Of a DNA stretch of 42,282 nt, positions 35,606-42,282 are shown in pieces. The position numbers and the translations under genes are program-made. Position 1 is the stretch's first letter. Every line of letters begins with the position of its first letter. A model generated the notes under the pieces. The model saw only the letters and a program-made list of their open reading frames with translations, searched no databases and was not told where the DNA came from. The stretch is from Chiloscyllium plagiosum (lineage: Eukaryota): assembly GCF_004010195.1 (NCBI RefSeq), contig NC_057720.1:5919634-5961915 (forward strand). Direction: 5' to 3'.

Positions 35606-36680
35606 GGTAGGGAGAGGAAACTTTGCATGGTTAGGAAAGAAAGATTGCTTCCAGAGTGAGACACAGTCTGAGTGGGGATGCAGTTCAGGGAATTTGGAGA
35701 CATTGTGGACATTCAGTGCAGAAGGGAATAAGATGCTTTTTGCTTGTTGTTTTGGGCTTTTAGTTTGTAAGCTTTTTTTATAGTTTGCAAACTTTTTTTT
35801 AAAACTGGATAAATCAAAGCTCAGGATCAGTAATCCAGCACAAATAGAGTGACATCACAGGCTAACCATAATTTCATTGGTCGGTGATAGCTACCAATTT
35901 GACTATCTATAATTGGTTCCTTTCAGATTGAAGGTAAATAAGGGAAATATTTACAGGCTACAACTGAAAGACCAGAAGGAAATTTACAAAAAAAAATCAA
36001 ATTAATAACTAAGTCATTGACGTAGACATGCTAGAACAGGCGATGTGTTTTACCTGCAGGATGTTGGAGCTGGTGGACCCCATCGTGATTCATAGTGACC
36101 ACAACTGCAGTGAGTGTCGGTTGTTTGAGGAACTCTGGGTCAGAGTTGATGAGCTGGAGTCTGAACTTCAAAAACTGCGAGACTTCAGGGAGGGGGAGAG
36201 TTACTTGGACGCTATGTTTCAGGAGGCAATCACATCTCTTAGATTATCTACCTTGAATTCAAACAGTGGTCTGGGACAGGATAATAAGGCAGGTATAGAG
36301 GGATCTAGGCAGTGGTGCTGAATGAGCCTCAGCCCTTGAGCTTATCCAGCAGCTTAGAGATTGATGCTCCCTATGTGGATGAGAGACTTTAGGGAGGATG
36401 CACAAACTGACCATAACACTGTGGTACAGGAAGCCATTCAAGATGGGGGTGAAAAGAGAAATGTAATCAGGAATAGTATAGTCAGAGGAATAGACACCAT
36501 TCTCTGTGACCAGGATTGAGATTCCCGAAGGCAGTGTTGCCTACCTTGTGTCCCGATTCAGGATGTCTCACCTGGGCTGCAGAGGAACTTGGAGTGGGAA
36601 GGGAAAGATTCAGTTATCATGGTTCAAGTAGGTACCAACAATATCGGGTAGAAAGAGGAAAGAGATTGTGCTGAGGGAAT

Positions 36681-37030
36681 GTGGGCACAGTGGCTCAGTA
36701 GTAAGCACTGCTGCCTCACAGTGCGAGGGACCTGGGTTCAATTCCTGCCTCGGGCGACTGTCTGTGTAGAGTTTGCACTTTCTCCCAGTGTCTGTGTGGG
36801 TTGCCTTCGGATGCTCTGGTTTCCTCCCACAATCCAAAGATGTGCAGGTTAGAGTAGATTGGCCAGGCTAAATTGCCCACAGTGTTCAGGGATGTGTAGG
36901 TGAGGTGTATTAGTCAAAGGTAAATACAGGATAATAGAGTAGGGGAATAAGTCTGGGTGGGTTACTCTTTGGAAGGTCAGTGTGGACTTGTTGGGCCAAA
37001 GAACCTGTTTCCACACTGTTGGGATTCTAT
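36681..37030 (+). mobile_element. HE1-like SINE inserted in CR1 ORF1
   Basis: A and B boxes, core and tail. Confidence 0.85.
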
Positions 37031-37984
37031 AAAGAAAAATTAAAAAGCAGAACTGAAAAGTAATAGTCTCTGGGTTAATACCTGAGCCATGAGCAAATTG
37101 GCACAAGGTCAACAAGATTAAAGAGGTAAATGTGAAGGTCAAAGATTGGTAAGTGGGAAACGGGGACATTGGCTCAGGAGGGAGCTGCTCCGATGGGACA
37201 GGCTCCACCTGAATCATGCTGGGGCCACAGTCCTGGCAAATCGTAGAACTGGGGCTGTGGATAGGGCTTTAAATTAAATAGCGGGGCTGTGGGGTCAGTT
37301 GAATGGAAAATTATGGGAAAAGTTAAAGGGGGCAGACAGCTCAGCAGAACAAGTAACTGGACAGGGATTATGGAAAGGGTCAGGAATCTAACTCCAGGGC
37401 TGGCAGATAATTATGTAAGGGGAGCATTCAATGCAGGACTGTGTACTTAAATACACACAGTATCCGAAATAAGGTCAATTAGCCTGTGGTCCAGAGTGAA
37501 ATAGGCAGGTACGATGTTGTGGGTATCACAGAGACGTGGCTGGGAACTAAATATCCAAGGATACCTGTCCTGTTGAAAGGACAAGCCAATGGGCAGAGGG
37601 GAGGAGTTGCCCTGTTAGTGAAAAATTAAGTTAAAGCGCTAGCAAGAAGTCAGAAGGCGTAGAATGTGTATGAGTAGAGTTGAGTATCTGCAAAGAAAAA
37701 AGGCCCTGTTGGGAGTTACGTACAGGCCTCCTAGCAGTAGTCGGGATGTGGTAAAGAAAATAAACCAGGAGATGGAAAAGGCCTGTAAAAAGGCACTATT
37801 ACAATAACCATGTGGGCTTCAATATGCACACGGACTGGGAAAATCAGGTTAGTAGTGGGTCTCAAGAAAAAGAATTCATGGAATGTCTATGAGATGGTTT
37901 TTTGGAGCAGATTGTGGTAAAGCCCAGTTACAGTTCTGGTTTTGGTGATGCATAATGAGGTAGACTTGATTAGAGAGGTCAAGG

Positions 37985-38214
37985 CTGAAAATGTGTTGCT
38001 GGAAAAGCGCAGCAGGTCAGGCAGCATCCAGGGAACAGGAGAATCGACGTTTCGGGCATAAACCCTTCTTCAGGAAAGCCCTTCTTTCCTGAAGAAGGGC
38101 TTATGCCCGAAACGTCGATTCTCCTGTTCCCTGGATGCTGTCTGACCTGCTGCGCTTTTCCAGCAACACATTTTCAGCTCTGATCTCCAGCATCTGCAGT
38201 CCTCACTTTCTCCC
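37985..38214. mobile_element. Palindromic PLE-repeat derivative (family A) with 14-bp TSD; hammerheads at 38042-38077(-) and 38085-38120(+)
   Basis: Near-perfect arms of ~95 bp. tagagaggtcaagg at 37971-37984 and 38215-38228. The plus arm reads CTGAAGA-A-GGGC-ttat-GCCC-GAAACGTC; the minus arm has one stem II wobble. Confidence 0.92.
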
Positions 38215-39093
38215 TAGAGAGGTCAAGGTGAAGGAGCGCCTAGGGACCAGTAACCATAATATGATAGACTTCACTCTGCAGTTGGAGATGGAGAAGATTG
38301 AATCACATGCAACAGTCTCACAATTGAATGAAGGTAACTGTATAGACATGAGAGAGCTGGCCAGAGTTGATTGGAAGGAGAGCCTAGCAGGGAAGATGGT
38401 AGAGCAGCAATGGCAGGGGGTTCTGGGGGTAATTCGGGAGGCCCAGCAGAAACTCATCCCGAGGAAGAAGAACCATACTAGTGTTGAAGAAAGGGTGAGA
38501 CTGCAGTAAGGACTTGGACAGACTAGGACAGTGGGCAAAGAAGTGACAGATGGAATACAATGTGGGAAAATGTGAGCTTATGCACTTTGGCAGGAAGAAA
38601 AGAAGCATAGACTATTTCCTGAAAAAGGACAGGCTTTCAAAATCTGAAGCACAATGTATCTTGGGAGTTCTTGTTTAGGATTCTCTTAAGGTTAACATGC
38701 AAATTCACTTGGACGTTAGGATGGCAAATGCAATGTTCGTATTCATTTCGGGAGGGCGTGAATGTAAGAGCAGTGATGTACGGCTGATGTCAGGTAAGGC
38801 TCTGATGAGATCACATTTGGAATATTGAGAGCAGTTTTTGGCCCTCGGTCTAAGGAAAAATGCATTGGCCATGGAGGGGGTCTAGAGGAGGTTTACAAGA
38901 ATGATCGTGGGGATGAAGGGCTTGTCATATGAGAAGCAGTTGAAGACTCTGGGTCTGTACTTGATGCAATTTAGAAGGATTAAGGTGATCTGAGAGGCCT
39001 GAATGGAGTGGATGTGGAGGAGATATTTACACTAGCAGGAGAGACAAGGACCTGAGGGCACAGCCTCAGAATGAAGGGACGACCCTGTAAACT

Positions 39094-39612
39094 CATAGAG
39101 TCATAGAGACATACAGCATGGAAACAGATCCTTCTGTCCAACCTGCCCATGCCGACCAGATATCCCAATCCAATCTAGTCCCACTTGCCAGCACCCAGCC
39201 CATATCCCTCCAAACCCTTCCTATTCATATACCCATCCAAATGCCTCTTAAATGTTGCAATTGTACCAGCCTCCACCACTTCCTCTGGCAGCTCATTCCG
39301 TACACGTACCACTCTCTGCGTGAAAAAGTTGCCCCTTAGGTCTCTTTTATATCTTTCCTCTCTCACCCTAAACCTATGCCCTCTAGTTCTGGACTCCCCA
39401 ACCCCAGGGAAAAGACTTTGCCTGTTTACCCTATCCATGCCCCTCATAATTTTGTAAACCTCTATGACGTCATCCCTTAGCCTCCGAAGCTCCAGTGAAA
39501 ACAGCCCCAGCCTGTTCAGCCTCTCCCTGTAGCTCAAATCCTCCAACCCTGGCGACATCCTTGTAAATCTTCTCTGAACCCTTTCAAGTTTCACAACATC
39601 TTTTCGATGGGG
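39094..39612 (-). mobile_element. HER1-like CR1 3' fragment, well preserved, nested in CR1
   Basis: Open 139-aa frame KLERVQRRFTRM...RGNFFTQRVVRVRNELPEEVVEAGTIATFKRHLD. Confidence 0.92.
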
Positions 39613-40198
39613 TAGAACTAAGTTGAGGAAATTCCTTCAGCCAGAAGGTGGTGAATCTGTGGAACTCATTGCCACAGAGAGCTGTGGAAGCCAAGTCATT
39701 GAGAGTATTTAAGACAGATATGGATAGGTTAATGATCAGTGAGATGATCAGATGATCAAGAATTACAGGGAGAAGGCAAGGGAATGAAGTTGAGAAACAC
39801 ATCAGCCATGATTCGATGGCTGAGCAGATGCATTGTGCCAAATGGCCTAATTCCGCTCCTCTATCTTATGGTCTTATGAAGTAGGCATGGGTCTTGGAGA
39901 GAGGGATTACGGGAGGGGTAGGTATGCACCTGGGAGACAGGTGAAACGTTAGGAGTGCCAGTCATGGCCAGGAAGCAGGTGGAGGGGCAGTGTGGCAGTC
40001 AGAGACCTGGGCAGGAGAGGGACTGTCAGACATGGGGTCTCGAAGGGAGAAAGGGGAGGGGGAAGAGTTCCAGACATGGCTCAGGGCAATGGGAGGTGAC
40101 AGGAAGGTCTGTACAATGATGTGAAGGTAAGAGGAGACAATGCAATCTCATTAATTTTAGATTAAGAGTGCATCAGTGAAACTGAGAAAGTGGCTGAA

Positions 40199-40390
40199 TC
40201 ATAGAGTCATAGAGATGTACAGCATGGAAACAGACCCTTTGGTCCAACTTGTCCATGCTGACCAGATATCCCAACCTAATCTCGTCCCACCTGCCAGCAC
40301 CTGACCCACATCCCTCCAAACCCTTCCTATTCATATACCCATCCAGATGGCTTTTAAATGCTGCAATTGTACCAGTCTCCAACACTTCTC
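40199..40390 (-). mobile_element. HER1-like CR1 3' end
   Basis: atagagtcatagagatgtacagcatggaaacagaccc. Confidence 0.88.
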
Positions 40391-40429
40391 TGCAGCTCAA
40401 TGCATACACAGGATTCCCCTATGTCTTCA

Positions 40430-40860
40430 AGATGGCTCAATGTGGAGAATTCTTTCCCCTGAGCTAGGTATTTGTAGGTTCATTGTCACACTCCAGAGAT
40501 TTGCATCCATGATGCACGCTCACAGTCCAGTGCAGCGCTGCCCTGGTGGCGATGCTGTCTTTCAGATGAGATAGTAAACTATAAATGATCTGTTCACTCA
40601 AACAGATGTAAGACATTCCCCTGCACCTTTTGAGGAAAATCAGAGGCGATCTTGCCTTTATTGTTACCAGCTTTTGTTCCTCGACAATGTCCCAAGTGAA
40701 GATGAACTCATTAAGGTTTGCAGGTGACCTTTCTGTGTGCAAATTGTCTGCTATTTCTGATCACACTGGGTGGCTACACTTGGGAGCATTTCCTCACCTG
40801 CAAAGCATTTTGGGAAGTCACGAGGTGGTGAATGGTGCGATATAAATTCGAGCCTTCCTC
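40430..40860 (+). mobile_element. Deu-domain SINE (AmnSINE/SacSINE-like), diverged
   Basis: ccagtgcag...gatgctgtctttcagatgagat..taaac...gatgtaaga resembles the Deu core. Tail aaagcattttgg...gtgaatggtgcgatataaat. Confidence 0.6.
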
Positions 40861-41754
40861 TCTTCCCATTTCCTCTGTCATTCCTGGATTCATCCATCCC
40901 AATGCTCTCCTGGCTGATCTGTCATCTGGCCCATTTTGGGTCCCAGCAAAAACATCTCAAAACTCATTGGTTTTCAAAGAACTCCATGACTTCGCTCTTC
41001 TTGTTTCTTTAAATTTCTCCAGATCCACAACTCTCTGAGATATCCGTCCTTCTCGGATTCTGGCCTCATGTTCATCTCCAGTTCTATTCACTCTGCTACT
41101 GGAGCTCATCTCTTTTTGATAATTAGTCATGGGCATTGCTGGCTGGCCCGGATTTATTGCCCTTCCCTAGTTGCCCTTGAGAAGGTGGTGAGCTGCCTAC
41201 TTGAACAACTGCTGTTCACCTGATGTTGTTGGATCCACAATGCCATTAAGGAGGCAATTCTAGACTTTGACCTAGCAACAGTGAAGGAACAGCGATATAT
41301 TTTCAAGTCAGGATGGTGAGGAGCTTGGAGGTGAACTTGCAGGGGGTAGCATTCCAATGTATCTGCTGCTCTTGTCCTTCCAGGAGGAAGAAGTTGGTAG
41401 GTGTTGTCTGAAACGTCTAGGTGAGTTATTCCATAGAATTCTGGAATGATATAGTGCAGAAGAGGCTCTTCAGCCCAACCACATTGTACTACCAAAGCTA
41501 CAATAATCTACACGGGTCCCACTTTTGAGACATAGGGCCATAGCCTTGAATGTTACGACATTTCATCTAATTCATCAAATCAATGGGACACACCTGTTGC
41601 CAGTGTGCATCATGGTGAGTGGGAATGAATGTTATAGGTGGTTGATGGGAGTCAATCAAGTGGCTAACTTGTCCTGGATGGTGTTGAGTGTTCTTGGAGC
41701 TGCACTCATCCAAGCAAGTGAGAAGTATTCCATCACACTCCTGACTTTCAGGAA

Positions 41755-41948
41755 TCGCTAGAATCAGGAGAATCCCAGAGGACTGGAAAATCACCAACGT
41801 GGCACAAGGCAAAAGATAGAAATTTACAGACTGATTAGCCGAACCTTGGTCATGGGTAAGATCCTGGAATCCATTGTGAAGGATGAGAATACTGAACACT
41901 TGGCATTATATGGTAAAATATGGTTTTGTCAAGGGGAGGTCATGCCTG
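41755..41948 (+). mobile_element. CR1 RT N-terminal fragment
   Basis: PEDWKITNV...NLQTD/YRLIS...GKILESIV...GFVKGRSCL. Confidence 0.8.
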
Positions 41949-42282
41949 TCCCCCTTAGTCCAAGAACTCCCCACCTACGTTCAGGACACCACCCACGCCC
42001 TCCACCTCCTCCATGATTTTTGCTTTCCCGGTCCCCAACGCCTTATCTTCACCATGGACATCCAGTCCCTGTACACCTCCACCCCCCATCACGAAGGACT
42101 CAAAGCTCTCCGCTTCTTCCTTTCCCGCCGTACCAACCAGTACCCTTCCACCGACACCCTCCTTCAACTGACTGAACTGGTCCTCACTCTGAACAACTTC
42201 TCTTTCCAATTCTCCCACTTCCTCCAAACCAAAGGAGAAGCCATGGGCACCCACATGGGCCCCAGCTATGCCTGCCTCTTCG
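41946..42282 (+). mobile_element. PLE reverse transcriptase fragment, 5'-truncated, frame open to the window end
   Basis: LSPLVQELPTYVQDTTHAL...LIFTMDIQSLYTS...LVLTLNNFSF...LQTKGEAMGTHMGPSYACLF, containing PLE RT motifs A and B'. Confidence 0.92.

Larger units (their letters stand above)
36028..39877 (+). mobile_element. Decayed CR1 LINE with ORF1 and internally deleted ORF2
   Basis: ORF1: CxxC...CxxC plus coiled coil (MCFTCRM...CSECRLFEELWVRVDELESELQKL), then SGNH esterase-like NSIVRGID and VGTNNIG. ORF2 endonuclease: YLNTHSIRNK, GITETW, YRPP, SNHNMIDF. Jumps to the RT C-terminus at ~38480. Ends in a tcttatgg repeat. Confidence 0.88.

Noticed and set aside
41955..42254. 99-aa minus-strand ORF
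   Set aside because: It is the antisense shadow of the plus-strand PLE RT.

Overview
This window is repeat-dense vertebrate DNA with one 515-nt assembly gap (16339-16853). The repeat families point to a cartilaginous fish, probably a shark (inference). I could not recognise any host protein-coding gene, and almost every ORF in the supplied track is a decayed retroelement fragment or its antisense shadow. Contents: many CR1-clade LINE fragments (including one decayed copy with ORF1 and ORF2 at ~36.0-39.9 kb), a second CR1/L2-type LINE, Rex1/Babar and RTE fragments, about ten HE1/V-SINE-like tRNA SINEs, a second tRNA SINE family, a Deu-domain SINE, and Penelope-like elements (PLEs; GIY-YIG at 16.9-17.3 kb, RT at 41.9-42.3 kb). 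The main signal is a set of minimal type-I hammerhead ribozyme motifs (CTGAnGA-A-stem II-GAAA-palindromic stem III-NUH) in at least three PLE-type terminal repeat families. They often sit in short palindromic non-coding inserts with 10-18 bp target-site duplications. One family carries a compensatory U3-A8 core in place of C3-G8. There is also an exact 200-bp tandem duplication and a few weak, unidentified candidate exons. Family names come from my own pattern recognition, not database searches, and most repeat boundaries are approximate.
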